The translations under genes and the position numbers were made by a program. A stretch of DNA of 64,000 nt from Calditrichia bacterium (GTDB taxonomy: Bacteria > Calditrichota > Calditrichia > JAJRVZ01), in contig CAWCNS010000004.1 of NCBI GenBank assembly GCA_963796965.1, forward strand, positions 448,001 through 512,000. The letters are read 5' to 3'. The notes under the pieces were generated by a model, which ran no database searches, was not told the origin of the DNA, and saw only the letters and a list, made by a program, of their open reading frames with translations. This document shows positions 32,501 through 45,219 of the stretch, in pieces. Every line of letters begins with the position of its first letter. Positions within the stretch are counted from its first letter, which is position 1.

Positions 32501-35458
32501 GTGAAAACCATTCTCAACACTGTTATCTCATTTTCATTCATTCATTATTTTATTTATTGTTATTACATGCATGTCTGTTTTTGCTGATGGTAAACTTTTA
32601 CGTGGAGAAGAAGAAGTAAAATATTCCTTAAATGGCAAAACCGCAGACTTTTATGTTTCACCGCTCGGAAATGATAAATGGAGTGGGAAATTAGATGAAC
32701 CAAATTCTAAAAATCAGATGGACCATTTGCCACGATAGACCGGGCAAGATTGGCCGTACAGGAATTAAAAAATCAGATTTATAAGTTAAAAAGCAAAGCG
32801 ATAGATCCCCGATTTCGTCCCTCACCCCATAAATATGGCAGTGGGCGAGATATTCTTGTTCTGATACGAGAAGGGAAATATTCCTTGAGAGCGATTAATC
32901 TTTACATCTAAAGATGGGGGTGAACGGGTTGAGACTGATTTGCCAACAGGTGCTTTTGAGTTGCATAAATTAAAGGACTACTATGTAACGTATGGCGCAT
33001 ATCCCGGGGAAAAACCTGTCATTACAGGGGGACGTAAAATTAAGGTTGGCAAAAAGGAAAGACGGCAAATGGATGGCTCATCTAGCAGCAATCTGAAGTG
33101 GCGGAGGTCTTTGCCAATGGCAAACGTCAAACATTGGCCCGTAACCAAATAAAGGTTTCTACGGCGCAAAAGAACAGCCCACAGACACAAAATCCCTCAT
33201 TATAAGACAGGAGATATACAAAATGGCCCGAAATGGAATCAAACCAGATCATCATCGTCTCCCGTTGGAGTGCAGACCGGACAAGCATTACAAAGGTAGA
33301 TGAGAAAAATAATATGGTATATTTGGCGTCACCGGCGGAGGATATGGTCAATGTTCCTCCGAAATACTATATCGAGAATATTGAAGCGCTCCTTGATACC
33401 GCGGCTGAATGGTACTATGATAAAGAAATGAAAATTCTAAGTTATATCCCTCCCGATGACATTGAAGATCCAAACAAAGCAGAGATAGTATTTCCCCCAG
33501 ATCTCCGGTTTGTTCATTTAAGGGTAGCAGACAAAAACCAGTCCGAAATCTGAGATTCTATAACCTTTCTTTTTCTGTCACATCGCCAGGAGGTGGTGCA
33601 ACGATATCCCTTGAATACACAAAAAATTGTGAGATACTAGGTAATAAGATTCATAATATCAGTCAAACAGCGATTAGTCTCGGAAAAGGATGTTATCATA
33701 ATAAAATCATTTGAAAATAAAATCCATGATGTAAAAGGATCAGGAATCAGAATTCAGGGAGATGCAAGACCTAAGATTGGAACGATGTTGTCAGTGATAA
33801 CATTGTTTCCTACAATGAAGTTATTCATTGCCGACCGGCAGCAGGGGGAATTGGATAGTCTAATGCACTTAGAACAACAATTTCTCATAATTATGTCAAC
33901 GATACGGGCAGTTATGGGATTACTGCGGGTGCATGGTCCAATATTGAAGAAGCCATCGATGGTAATAATCTGGTTGAATATAATCATGTTTCCTTTACGA
34001 ATATGATTCGCGATGATGAAGGGGGAATAGCGGTATATGGATTAAGTCCCGGATCTATAGTACGAAATAATCTTATCCATGATGTCAGACCGGCAGGTAC
34101 AAACGAGAATGTCGGGTTGTTTTTCCAAAATATGGCATCAGGGTGGACCGTCACAGATAATATTTACTATAACCTGAAACAAGGGGAAATGAAATTATGT
34201 GCCTGTTATTTGATTGATAATGTCTATGAAAATAATCATGTCATTGAGACCCCTGTCCTGGAACCAGAAAGAATTATTGCGGGTAGTACAGATTTTGTCT
34301 GTAATAACCTACAAATTCAATCAGATAAAGGATTGATAACCGGGAATGAATTATCGATTTCCGCCCAGGTAAAAAATAATGGTTCAACGGGAACAAGTGA
34401 TGTGCAATTATATATAGATGGTAAAGTTGTCGCCACACAAAAATTTCGCTGTGATATCAAAAAATCAGCGCACTATTGATTTTACATATCAATTTGCAAC
34501 ACCAGGCGAACATACACTTGCAATTGGCAATACACCAAACAAAAGTGTTACTATCCATGGGAAAACTCTTAAGGTCCTTTATAGTGATTTGATGTCATCA
34601 TTATCTTCCGTGCCGGAGGGAGAAACTATAATAGTCAGCGCAAAGATGCATCATGTCGGAGAAAAGAGATTTGAGCAAAAGTCGATTTATTTGTAGACGG
34701 AAAAGTTCATTCCTCAAAGAATATCATACAATTATCCATCTGAAGAAAGAAAGGTGGAATTTGCACTCGATTTACCGGCCGGCAAGCATGAAGTTTCCAT
34801 TGGAGGTCTATCTACAATTGACTTACTTGTATATCAAACTGAAGATGTCATAGTGTCTTCAGCAGATTTTTTAACTTATTGTTCATCGACAGCAAAACCC
34901 TGTTATTATAACTTTGATGTGGATGAAAATCGATTTCGAGATCAAGCAAGTGGTACAGACTTCCTTCATGCCGAAGATTCTTATGGCTCGATTTATTTCG
35001 ATGATATCATAAAGGGAAATTTTATGGCCACGTTCCAAGTCGCGGGATTCGACGATCGGGTGAGTGAATGGTATCGTGCTGGAATTTTTGTTAGAAACGA
35101 TTTGACCCAAAGTAATGATACGGAAAGAGGAAGTCTTGGATCTTTTTTAATGTTTTCTACTCCTAAAAGACAAGGGGCCCAATGGGATCAATTTGGAGAC
35201 GGGTCTATGCATAATACCAAGAGCAGAAATTATAAACGAGATAAACCATTTCCGGTTTGGTTGAAACTAATTCGCCATGGCGATCGGTTTACGGGATATT
35301 ATAGTTTTGATGGTGATAAATGGATAATTTCTAGGGAATCGGGTCCTATACCCGGTTTGGCTGGAGTGATGGACATTGGCCTGGCCGCAGGAACCAACGA
35401 TCAACGACTGTCAAAGGTAATCTTCCAAAACTTTAAATTAAAAGTAGAGAAAAAGTGA
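32501..35458 (+). CDS. Right-handed beta-helix protein (GH141-like) with CARDB/Ig-like and ConA-like C-terminal domains; many frameshifts
   Basis: FYVSPLGNDKWSG, GPFATI.RA, AYPGEKPVITGG, YYIENI...LD...EWYYD, DEGGIAVY...NNLIHDV, VKNNG..G...VQLYIDG, PVWLKLIRHGDRFTGYYSFDG..W, spread over successive frames. Confidence 0.6.
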
Positions 35459-35521
35459 TTGTGGAAGTACAATCCAGGGGATATAATAATTTTCATTAAA
35501 TCCCACTAATTAAATAAAAGG

Positions 35522-36623
35522 GTGATGATGAAAGATTTACTTTCCAAAATCAAATTTAGAGTTTATACTCTATCTCTTGTTTTTATTATACTATTAATTT
35601 TGTCTCCGATGAAGGTAACTCACGCCGGAAATTCTTCGGACGTCAGGCTGGTTTCTGTCGATCGTGTTTATCACAATGGTGAACATAACGCCTTTACAGA
35701 TTTATGTCAATTCGGTGGCACCTATTTTCTGGCATTCCGCAGTCTGTCCCGACGGACACATGGTTCACCCCACTTCGTCGATTATTATCCTCGCTAGTGA
35801 AGACGGTAAAGTATGGAAGCAAGTCTTTCGTTTCAATGTGCCGCAGAGGGATACCCGCGATCCCCATTTTTTGATATTTCAGGAAAAATTATTTGTCTAC
35901 ACCGGTACCTGGTATTGTGGAGATCAAGGTAGCCCCGAAAAATATGATATAAACCAACATCTTGGATATGCGGTATGGACTGAAGATGGACGGGAGTGGC
36001 GGGGTCCGCAACTACTGGAAGGGACCTATGGTCATTATATCTGGCGGGCAGCTGCCTATAATGGAAAAGCCTATATCTGTGCCAGAAGAAAACGGGATTT
36101 TGTCGAACTACCTTCACAGTCAGGTGCAGATAAAATTATGGAATCGGCTATGCTGGAAAGCGATGATGGATTAATCTGGAAGAAGACGGCCTTATTTCAG
36201 GAACAGGATGGCGATGAAACGGCTTTTCTTTTTGAAGATGATGGTAAAGTACTGGGTGTGGCCCGTCGTGGAGTAGATAATGCTGAATTAGTACAGGCCA
36301 GTCCGCCTTACAAAGAATGGAAACGATCTGATCTGGGATACTATATAGGAGGACCGCTCTTAGTCAAATGGAAGGGTAACTACCTTGTGGGTGGTCGAAA
36401 AAGAGAGCAAGATACAGATCGCACGACACTGTATTGGTTGATGGACGGTGTGCTTAAACAAATCATTCAACTTCCAAGTGATGGTGATAACTCATACCCG
36501 GGTTTTGTAGAATTAAATGAAAATACAGCATTGATATCTTATTATTCGTCCCATGAGACGGATAGTAAGGGCAATAAAATTACTGCCATTTATCTGGCTG
36601 AATTAATACTAGAGAATAAATGA
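35522..36623 (+). CDS. Secreted BNR/Asp-box beta-propeller protein (sialidase-like fold), frameshift ~35740
   Basis: HNAFTDL, SEDGKVW, DTRDPH, TEDGREW, SDDGLIW, GDNSYPG, SYYSSHE. Confidence 0.6.
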
Positions 36624-38498
36624 GCAAAGTAATAAAGGATTCTTCTCTTTATGGTCTCGATTGATTATACAATAATAGCGATTTATTTCATGATCGTGAT
36701 TGGTTTAGGATTTTGGTATCAGAAACGTGCATCCAAAAACCTGAACAGCTATTTTATGGCTGGAAAAATATCCATTGGCTGGCCCTCTCCATGTCCGGAT
36801 CAGTCTCTACTTTTGATATAACGGGTACCATGTGGATTGTTTCTATCCTGTTTGTGCTCGGTATGAAATCCATGTGGCATCATTGGATGTGGGGTGTGTA
36901 TATGGCCGCATTTTTTATGGCCTATATGGGTAAATGGGTACGCCGTTCAAATGTGATGACGGCTGCCGAATGGATGAAAACCCGGTTTGGTGATGATAAC
37001 GGGCGGAAAGTTAGCCCGTTCAACCTATGCCTTGATGGCGGTAATTACATTAGCCAGTTTTATTGGATATGCATTTCAGGGAATCGGCAAATTCGCTTCT
37101 GTTTACATCTCTCTCGAACCCCTCGCCGCAATGATTTCTTCTCCAGTACTCAGTAATTTATCCTTAATAATCAGGCTAATATCCTGGCGATACTGGTCAT
37201 TACGATTACCACCATATATGTGATTATGGGTGGCCTGTATAGCGTGGTGGTGACGGATGTATTTCAAACAGTGATTCTAACCGTTGGCAGTATTTTTATT
37301 GCCTATATTGCCTGGTCAAAACTAACCCCGGAATTATTAGCTACCTTGCCACCCGATTGGACATCCCTTTCTATTCCCTGGCATATCGAATCATTTTCAG
37401 GGACTGCCAATGCGGAATTTGAGTTTTTTGGGGCGTTAGTGATTGTATGGGTACTTAAGGGGTTATTATTAAATGCCGGAGGCCCGGCTCAACTTTTCGA
37501 TTTTCAAAGATTTCTGGCTGCCCGAAACCCCCGCGATGCGGCAAAAGTCGGTGCGGGCTGGAGTTTTTTTCTGATAGTGCGTTGGGCCATGACCCTTGGC
37601 ATCGCCTTGCTTGCCATGACGGGAATTACGGGTGTAACAGATTCCGAGAAGGTAATGCCGATTGTACTTCTTAGAATATTTACCGGCCGGGATTCGTGGT
37701 CTGGTCATCGCCGGATTGTTAGCGGCTTTTATGTCCACTTTTAGTTCGATCGTAAATAGTGGTGCATCCTTTATAGTTTGTGATTTCTGGCAGCCCTATT
37801 TCAAACCGGAGGCAACTGATAAGGAAACAGTTCGAATGAGTTATTTTGCTTCCTTATTTGTGGTGATTATAGGGCTTGCGATAGGAGTAAATGCTAAATC
37901 GATTGCCCAAATATGGAGTTGGATTATGATGGCTCTGGGTGCCGGGATTGTTGTACCAAATGTGCTGCGCTGGTACTGGTGGCGTTTGAATGGATGGGGT
38001 TATTCTATGGGGACACTAGGTGGTATGGTTTGTCCCTGTTTGCCTTTGTTTTTCCCCGAACAACCCATGTATGTCGTTTTTCCGCTTATCTGTATTTCAT
38101 CACTTATGCTGAGTGTAGTTGTTTCTTTTAAGACAACAAGAGTTGATGAAAATGTACTTAATAAATTTTTACACAACTATACGCCCTTTCGGTCTTTGGA
38201 AAAATATTCGCAAAATATCTGGTTTGATCAGATCAACAATTATCAAGTCAAATCAGAAAAAGGATGGATCGCCATTCTAAATGTTATTTTTGGTATGTGT
38301 GCCATCAGCGGGATGTATCTGGCACCGATGTTTTTGGTTGGGCATTGGTATGGAAAAGCGGTATTGTGGTTTATTGTGATCATAATTTCTGTAACAATAT
38401 TGAAGTTTACGTGGTATGATAATCTGCCAGATAGAGGGATTGATAAAAATATTTATCCACGAATTACACGAATTTTCACTAATTTATTTGATCTTTGA
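36620..38498 (+). CDS. Sodium:solute (sugar) symporter, SSS family, several frameshifts
   Basis: FDITGTMW, VMTAAEWM.TRFG, GGLYSVVVTD.FQ, FQRFLAAR, LPAGIRGLVIAGLLAAFMSTFSS, LRWYWWRLNGWG. Confidence 0.85.
38454..38485. repeat. Solo arm of a CACGAATT-type tandem-unit element inside the SSS gene 3' end
   Basis: tatccacgaatt-acacgaatt-ttcactaattt. Confidence 0.6.
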
Positions 38499-38548
38499 AA
38501 GTTCTCACTCAGACTATGCTAAGACCTAGATTTTAATTGAAGATGAAG

Positions 38549-38618
38549 CGTCATGCATGAAATTGTTTCAGCATCTCTTAATACCCTAAATGAGATTCCG
38601 AAATAAATTCGGAATGAC
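38549..38618. repeat. Inverted pair of CGTC-tagged REP-like palindromes (REPIN-like)
   Basis: cgtcatgcatgaaattgtttcagcatctc ... gagattccgaaataaattcggaatgac. Confidence 0.85.
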
Positions 38619-38660
38619 CTTCTGGCATTTTCATCTAAAGGTTCAACAGGAAGTGAAAAT

Positions 38661-41600
38661 ATGAAAAATATTAATCTATGTCATTTTTATAATCATACTA
38701 TCGTTACCTATTAACACTTTTGCCGGGGAAAAAGAACCAGTGGATTATGTGGACATGTTTCTGGGTACATCAAGTTCCCGTTGGATGCTTTACCCCGGGC
38801 CGAGTATGCCCTTCGGCATGGTTAAACTAAGTCCTGACAATACCGATGAATGGACGATGAATGCCGGCTATGAATATGAAATAGAAAGTGTCTCCGGTTT
38901 CGGACATGTACATTCCTGGATGATGGGTAGTTTTCTCACGATGCCAACTGTCGGTCCGATAAAAATCCTTCCCGGGTTCAAAACGGATCCCGATGCCGGT
39001 TATCGTTCGCGTATCAGCCATGATAATGAAAAGGCTTCGCCGGGATATTATTCTGTTTATCTGGATGACTATAATATCAGGGCTGAACTGACTGCAACCT
39101 CTCGCAGCGGATTTCAACGCTATACTTTTCCTGAAAGTGAAAATTCCCATATTGTTTTTGATCTTCAGATTCCGGAGGAAGGTCGCCCCCTGATCCTGGA
39201 TGCTGTCGATTGAAAAGGTAAATCAAAGTGAAATTGCCGGGTATGTTAAACGCTCGGCAGGCTGGAATGAATATACGCCTGCATTTTGTCGCGCGTTTTA
39301 GCAAACCCTTTGAATCCTTATCCGGTTGGAAAGGCAATGAAATTCTTAATGATATAACAAAAGTATCTGTTCAGGATAATCGTGATATTGGGGCTATCGT
39401 TAATTTTTCGACAGAGGAGGGTGAAATGATCCTCCTTAAGACCGCTATTTCCTATGTGAGTATTGAGCAGGCCCGTTTAAATCTGGAAAAGGAAACCTCA
39501 GAATTTGGCTGGGATTTTGACATGGCCCACCAGCATGTCCGAAAGGTCTGGAACGATCTGTTGAAATTAATTGAAATTGAAGGTGGGACGGAAACGGATA
39601 AAATTAAATTTTATACGAATTTTTATCGTTCTTACAATGCCCGTACCATGTTTAGTGATGTGAATGGAAAATACGTGGATATGTGTGAAAAAGTCCGGCA
39701 ACTTGATGATCCCGAATCACCGGTTTATGGCTGTGATGCTTTCTGGAATACCTTTTGGAATCTTAACCAGTTGTGGACCATGCTGACACCGGAGGTGGCT
39801 AACAAATGGGTGAAATCACTCCTGGAAATCTATGACCGTGGGGGATGGTTCTCAAAAGGTCCTGCCGGTATTGAGTATTCAAGCATTATGGTTGCCTCTC
39901 ATGAAATCCCCCTAATAGTTTCTGCATATCAAAAGGGAATCAGAAATTATGATGTAGAAAAGGCCTACGAATCAATAAAAAAAATACAAATGGAACCCGG
40001 CAAACCCCATGAGTGTGGCGGATTTGTTGGAAACCGCAATCTCAAGTCTTATAAAGCTATGGGATATGTTCCAGCTGATGAAGGCTCGGTTTCAAACACG
40101 CTTGAATATGCTTATGATGACTGGTGTGTGGCCCAAATGGCAAAAGCGTTGGGAAAAATGGAGGATTATCACTATTTCATGCAAAGATCCCAATATTATA
40201 AAAACATCTATGATAAAGTATCCGGCTATATGAGACCCAAATATGAGGGGGGCCCATGGGTGGAAGAATTTGAACCGGTCATTGGGGCGGTCGGGAAGGA
40301 GGATGCTTTCGGGACGAAGCATTATGTTGAAGGCAATGCCTGGCAGTTTACCTGGTTTGTCCCTCACGATGTTCCCGGCTCTGATCAGCCTTTTGGGTGA
40401 AGATGAGTTTAACGAGCGTTTAAATAAAGGATTTGAGTCAGCGCGACCTGATTTTGTGAGTGAATATGTCAATCACAGTAATCAACCCAATATGCAGGCC
40501 GCTTATCTTTTTAATTATTCGGGGCAACCCTGGCAGACGCAGAAATGGGTAAAAGAGATATTGAATAACTACTATGGTTTGGGTCCTGTTGACGGGTATC
40601 CGGGAGATGAAGATCAGGGGCAGATGGGTGCCTGGTTTGTAATGTCTGCATTAGGATTATTTCAAATGGATGGGGGCGCATCTGTTGACCCCATCTATGA
40701 AATCGGGAGTCCGGTTTTTGAAAAAGCAACAATCCAGTTAGATAATAAATATTTTAAAGGTGATAAGTTTATTGTGGAAGCAAAGAATTTGTCTAAAGAA
40801 AATATTTATATACAATCGGCAACCTTAAATAGTAAACCGCTGAATACCTTTTGGTTCCGCCATTCCGATCTGGCTGCCGGAGGAAAACTGGTTTTGGAAA
40901 TGGGACCCAAACCAAATAAAACCTGGGCTACAAATGCAAACCTCCCGGAAAATAATGATTATACAAATATTGTAACCACACCCTATGTGACGAATTCGAC
41001 AAAATCCTTTCTTGAGCAGATAAATGTGTCATTGGCCTGTAATACAAAGGATTCAAAAATATACTATACACTCAATGGAGATGATCCAACTCCTTCATCC
41101 ACGTTATATGAAAAACCTTTTACAATTACAAAAACCACCACAATAAAAATGCGTGCCTATGATAAATCAACAACCAGTTTGATTTCATCTGCTCTGGTTA
41201 GCAAAGCAGAGAAACAAAAGCCAATAAATCCCGATTTTCTTAACCCGGGTATTCAATATAATTACTATACAGGATTTTACAGGGATGTTCATGATTTTGA
41301 TGATGCGAAGCCAGAAAAGTCCGGTGTGCTAAAAAATTTATCTATTGATTCAAGGGACAGGGAACAATATTTTTCTTATAAATTTAATGGGTATATCAAT
41401 ATTCCAAAAGATGGTCAATACACTTTTTATCTCATCTCAAACGATGGTTCACGGATGTATTGGGGTGATAGAATGCTTATTAATAATGACGGATTGCATC
41501 CGGCAGCGGAAATGTTTCGATCTCTCGTATTAACAAAAGGGATGTATCCATTTATGATAAAGTATTTCCAGGAGGGTGGTACCCATCATTTTGAGGTTAA

Positions 41601-41667
41601 ATGGAAAGGCCCAGGATTTGATCGTCAGCCTGTTCCTGCATCAGCTTTGTTTTATAAGAAAGATTAG
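38661..41667 (+). CDS. GH92 alpha-mannosidase with C-terminal chitobiase-like and PA14 domains, frameshifted
   Basis: PG..MPFGMVKLSPD, ASPGYYSV, SNTLEYAYDDWC, YVEGNAWQFTWFVPHDV, HSNQP, PGDEDQGQMGAW, IYYTLNG..P, SNDGS..NDGLH. Confidence 0.9.
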
Positions 41668-41674
41668 TTGATTT

Positions 41675-41904
41675 TTTGACAGGATTTACAGGATTATTAG
41701 GTCAAAGTAAACTTTGCGATCTGTCAACCTGAACTTGTTTCAGGTTCTTGATAGTAAGATTCCGAAATAAATTCGGAATGACATAATCAGCAAACACTAA
41801 ATTAAAACAGGAAATATTTTTTTAAAATCATTAGCTGTGGCTTTTCTAGGAAGGCCACAACATTTTATAAATTTTAATCCTGTTAATCCTGTTATCTTGT
41901 CAAA
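41675..41904. repeat. Tandem-unit inverted-arm element (CAGGATT type)
   Basis: Left tttgacaggatt-tacaggatt-attagg; right aatcctgtt-aatcctgtt-atcttgtcaaa. Confidence 0.85.
41722..41783. repeat. Inverted pair of TGTC-tagged REP-like palindromes
   Basis: tgtcaacctgaacttgtttcaggttct ... agattccgaaataaattcggaatgaca; the second unit is identical over 26 nt to 38593-38618. Confidence 0.9.
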
Positions 41905-41949
41905 TGTGAAGAAATCAGGTCAAATGCTATATCCAAACTCCAACCAGGG

Positions 41950-43575
41950 ATGCACATGAAACGCAGAAGATTTATCCAGCAATCGGCGGCTATGACAGGC
42001 GCTCTTTCAACTTTGCCACTGGGAGATGTCATGGGCAAAGAGGAGGAAAATATACAAATAAAAAAATCCTCTTTAGAAAAACCTCCAAATATCTTGTTTA
42101 TCATGACCGATCAACAGCGTTATGATTGTATAGCTACAAATGGAAATCCATTAATCAAAACACCGAATCTGGATCGTCTGGCCAATCAGTCAGCCAATTT
42201 TTCACATGCTTATGTTCAGTCCCCGGTCTGCACCCCCTCAAGGGCCTGCTTTTTTACGGGCCGCTATGCCCATGCCCATAAAAATCGCGTTAATTATACC
42301 GAATTAGATGAAAGTGAGATCCTTTTCCCAAAATATCTACAGGAAGCTGGTTATAAAACGGGGATTGTGGGAAAGAGTCACGTTTATTACAAATATCCGC
42401 CAACAAGAGAAGAAGCAGCACGAACCGGATTTTCCATCGTCGACTTGCATGATGGTGTTCTACGATGCGATCCATATTCCTCCTATGCAGACTGGCGCAA
42501 AGAAAATGATCCAAAGAAACATATCTATTATCGTGATTTGGCTAAAAATGTACCTGAATTGGATTATCACCCCACCGAAAAAGAGAATCCATTCAGATCA
42601 GCCATTGATAAGGATTATACGGACACCGCCTGGACAGGTGTTCGGACATGCCATCATTTACGTGAACTCTCAAAATCAGATCAGCCGTTTTTTCTCTTTT
42701 CCTCATTTTGGAAGCCGCATTCGCCCTATGAAGTACCTGTCCCTTACGATCAGATGTATTCAGATGTGGATATTCCCCTACCTGAACAAGTTACCAGGGA
42801 TTATATTGACCAACTGCCTCCGCATTTAAAAACCTTAATTTTGCGGGATGAACTTCGCAATAAAAAGCCACCGTATGATATGGATAGGGAGCACTTGCAA
42901 TGGATTTATAGAAGTTATTATGCTACCGTTAGCCATATTGACTACGAGGTCGGTCAGATACTGGCTACTGTGGAGGAAAGTGGATTAGCCGATAATACGA
43001 TTGTTATCTTCACCTCTGACCATGGTGATCAACTTCTTCAGCATGGCCTTTTTGGGAAAAATGTATTTTATGATGAATCAATCAGAGTGCCCTTTATGAT
43101 GAGATTTCCTGGGCATATTAAAGCCGGAAGGTACGATGAGTTTTGTATGTCCATTGATCTTTTGCCGACATTATTCGAATTCGCCGGATTGGAAGAGCCC
43201 TATAATTGTCATGGCCAAAGTTTGGTTCCCCTGGTGACTAATAATAATGATTCCTATATTGCCCGTGACTGTGTTTTTAGTGAAAATGTCATTCCAGAGG
43301 TTTTCCTTAAAACTTTCCATTTTACAAAAGGGAAAGGTGTAATGGGGGTCAGGCATCCCGATTGTAAAATGGTGCGAACAAAAAAGTGGAAATATAATTA
43401 TTACCCAAAAGGATATGAGGAGCTTTTTGATCTGGAAAATGATCCGGAAGAAAGAATAAATCTTTATGCTGATCCTCAGCATAAAAAAGTTGTTGATGAA
43501 ATGAAAAGTCGTATATTGGATTGGTTGCTAACGGCAAGTGAAACAGATCAAATTGCCCCAAAATGGCTGATTTAA
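41950..43575 (+). CDS. Tat-exported formylglycine-dependent sulfatase (S1 family)
   Basis: KRRRFIQ; PNILFIMTDQQR; CTPSRAC (CxPxR); GK.H; FTSDHGD. Confidence 0.92.
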   Translation: MHMKRRRFIQQSAAMTGALSTLPLGDVMGKEEENIQIKKSSLEKPPNILFIMTDQQRYDCIATNGNPLIKTPNLDRLANQSANFSHAYVQSPVCTPSRACFFTGRYAHAHKNRVNYTELDESEILFPKYLQEAGYKTGIVGKSHVYYKYPPTREEAARTGFSIVDLHDGVLRCDPYSSYADWRKENDPKKHIYYRDLAKNVPELDYHPTEKENPFRSAIDKDYTDTAWTGVRTCHHLRELSKSDQPFFLFSSFWKPHSPYEVPVPYDQMYSDVDIPLPEQVTRDYIDQLPPHLKTLILRDELRNKKPPYDMDREHLQWIYRSYYATVSHIDYEVGQILATVEESGLADNTIVIFTSDHGDQLLQHGLFGKNVFYDESIRVPFMMRFPGHIKAGRYDEFCMSIDLLPTLFEFAGLEEPYNCHGQSLVPLVTNNNDSYIARDCVFSENVIPEVFLKTFHFTKGKGVMGVRHPDCKMVRTKKWKYNYYPKGYEELFDLENDPEERINLYADPQHKKVVDEMKSRILDWLLTASETDQIAPKWLI

Positions 43576-43590
43576 AAAAAAATAAAAGAT

Positions 43591-43728
43591 TTACCACAAA
43601 GTTCACAAAGCCCCGATATCTATATCTACATCATGTAGATATTTCGGGATGAAATCCTCCAAGATTTCAAAGGTACTAAGATCACAAAGTTTTTAATAAG
43701 AAATTTTTCTTTGAGTACATAGTGCTTG
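43591..43728. repeat. CACAAAG-type element interrupted by a ~59-nt double-hairpin insert
   Basis: ttaccacaaag-ttcacaaag [insert 43611-43669] aaggtactaag-atcacaaagtttttaataagaaatttttctttgagtac matches the copy at 10395. Confidence 0.8.
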
Positions 43729-43756
43729 AAAAAAATGCTACAATAATAACAAAAAT

Positions 43757-45169
43757 ATGGAGAGGAATATGTCTAAGAATTCAGAATCTAATGGTCAAAA
43801 AAATACCATTTCCAGACGATCGTTCGTCAAAGGGGCGACTGCCTCTGTGGCAGCCTTTACAATAGTTCCTAATCATGTCATGGGAGGGCGGGGTGGTCAA
43901 AGTCCAAGCGATAAATTAAATATTGCCTGTGTTGGAATAGGTGGTATGGGTAAGGGAAACTTAAAAAACTGTCAGGCAGAAAACATTGTAGCTCTATGTG
44001 ATATTGATGATGCCTATGCGGCGCCCGCTTACGAAACCTATCCCAAGGCAAAAAAATATCATGACTTTCGGGATATGCTGGAAAAACAAAAAGATATCGA
44101 TGCGGTTATCGTAGCCACACCAGATCATACCCATGCAGTGGTCGGTATGGCGGCAATGCAGCTAGGAAAACACGTCTATATTCAGAAACCTCTTTCTCAC
44201 TCGGTATATGAAGCACGGGTGCTTACAGAAGCAGCCCGGAAATATAATGTTGTAACCCAGATGGGAAATCAGGGGCATTCTGGTGACGGTGCAAGGATTT
44301 GTTGTGAATGGATCTGGGACGGGGCCATTGGAGATGTACATGAAGTTCATGCCTGGACTAATCGACCGGTTTGGCCGCAGGGTGTTGAAGTAGGTCGTCC
44401 AAAAGGAACCCCACCCGTACCTGATACACTTGATTGGGAGAGATGGCTTGGTCCCGCACCCTATCGTCCATATCATCCAGATTATCTTCCGGCAAGCTGG
44501 CGCGCCTGGTGGGATTTCGGCACCGGTTCATTGGGGGATCTTGGTTGTCATATTATGGATCCAATGGTTTGGGCTTTAAAACTGAAATATCCAATCAGTG
44601 TAGAGGGTAACATCTCCACGTATTGGGAGGGTTTCTGGAAATATACGGAGCCCAAAAATGAGACCTATCCCCGCTCAACGATTGTCCGCTATGAATTCCC
44701 TGAACGTGAGGATATGCCTCCGGTTACCGTTAACTGGTGGGATGGGGGTATGATGCCACCCAGGCCCGCTCAATTGGAAGCGGGAAGACGAATGGGGGAT
44801 GAAGATGGTGGATTATTATTTATTGGTGAGGATGGTATCCTGATGGCTGGTTGTTATGGGAAAAATCCACGCCTGATTCCAGAAACAGAAATGAAAGATT
44901 ATGACAGACCGGAACCCACTATTGATAGAATTCCTGAGGGAATAGCCGGACATGAAAAAGATTGGATCAGAGCTTGTAAGGGTGGAAAACCAGCCAGTTC
45001 TAATTTTGATTTCTCAGGACCTTTATCAGAGATGGTATTGATGGGAAACCTAGCCGTTCGTTATCCCTATGAAAAATTGAACTGGGATGGTGAAAACATG
45101 AAAGTCACCAACCATGAAAAGGCTAATGCGTATGTGCGCCGTCCTTATCGTGAGGGGTGGAGTTTATAG
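43757..45169 (+). CDS. Tat-exported Gfo/Idh/MocA family oxidoreductase
   Basis: [58 protein letters not shown]. Confidence 0.9.
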   Translation: MERNMSKNSESNGQKNTISRRSFVKGATASVAAFTIVPNHVMGGRGGQSPSDKLNIACVGIGGMGKGNLKNCQAENIVALCDIDDAYAAPAYETYPKAKKYHDFRDMLEKQKDIDAVIVATPDHTHAVVGMAAMQLGKHVYIQKPLSHSVYEARVLTEAARKYNVVTQMGNQGHSGDGARICCEWIWDGAIGDVHEVHAWTNRPVWPQGVEVGRPKGTPPVPDTLDWERWLGPAPYRPYHPDYLPASWRAWWDFGTGSLGDLGCHIMDPMVWALKLKYPISVEGNISTYWEGFWKYTEPKNETYPRSTIVRYEFPEREDMPPVTVNWWDGGMMPPRPAQLEAGRRMGDEDGGLLFIGEDGILMAGCYGKNPRLIPETEMKDYDRPEPTIDRIPEGIAGHEKDWIRACKGGKPASSNFDFSGPLSEMVLMGNLAVRYPYEKLNWDGENMKVTNHEKANAYVRRPYREGWSL

Positions 45170-45219
45170 ATGATAAGGAAAAAGGCAAAAGGAAAAAGTA
45201 CTAGGTGCGAGGGTGAATA

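Noticed and set aside
3896..40400. Stop-codon reassignment or alternative genetic code
   Set aside because: The breaks I traced change reading frame rather than continuing in frame, and TAA, TAG and TGA all end intact genes.
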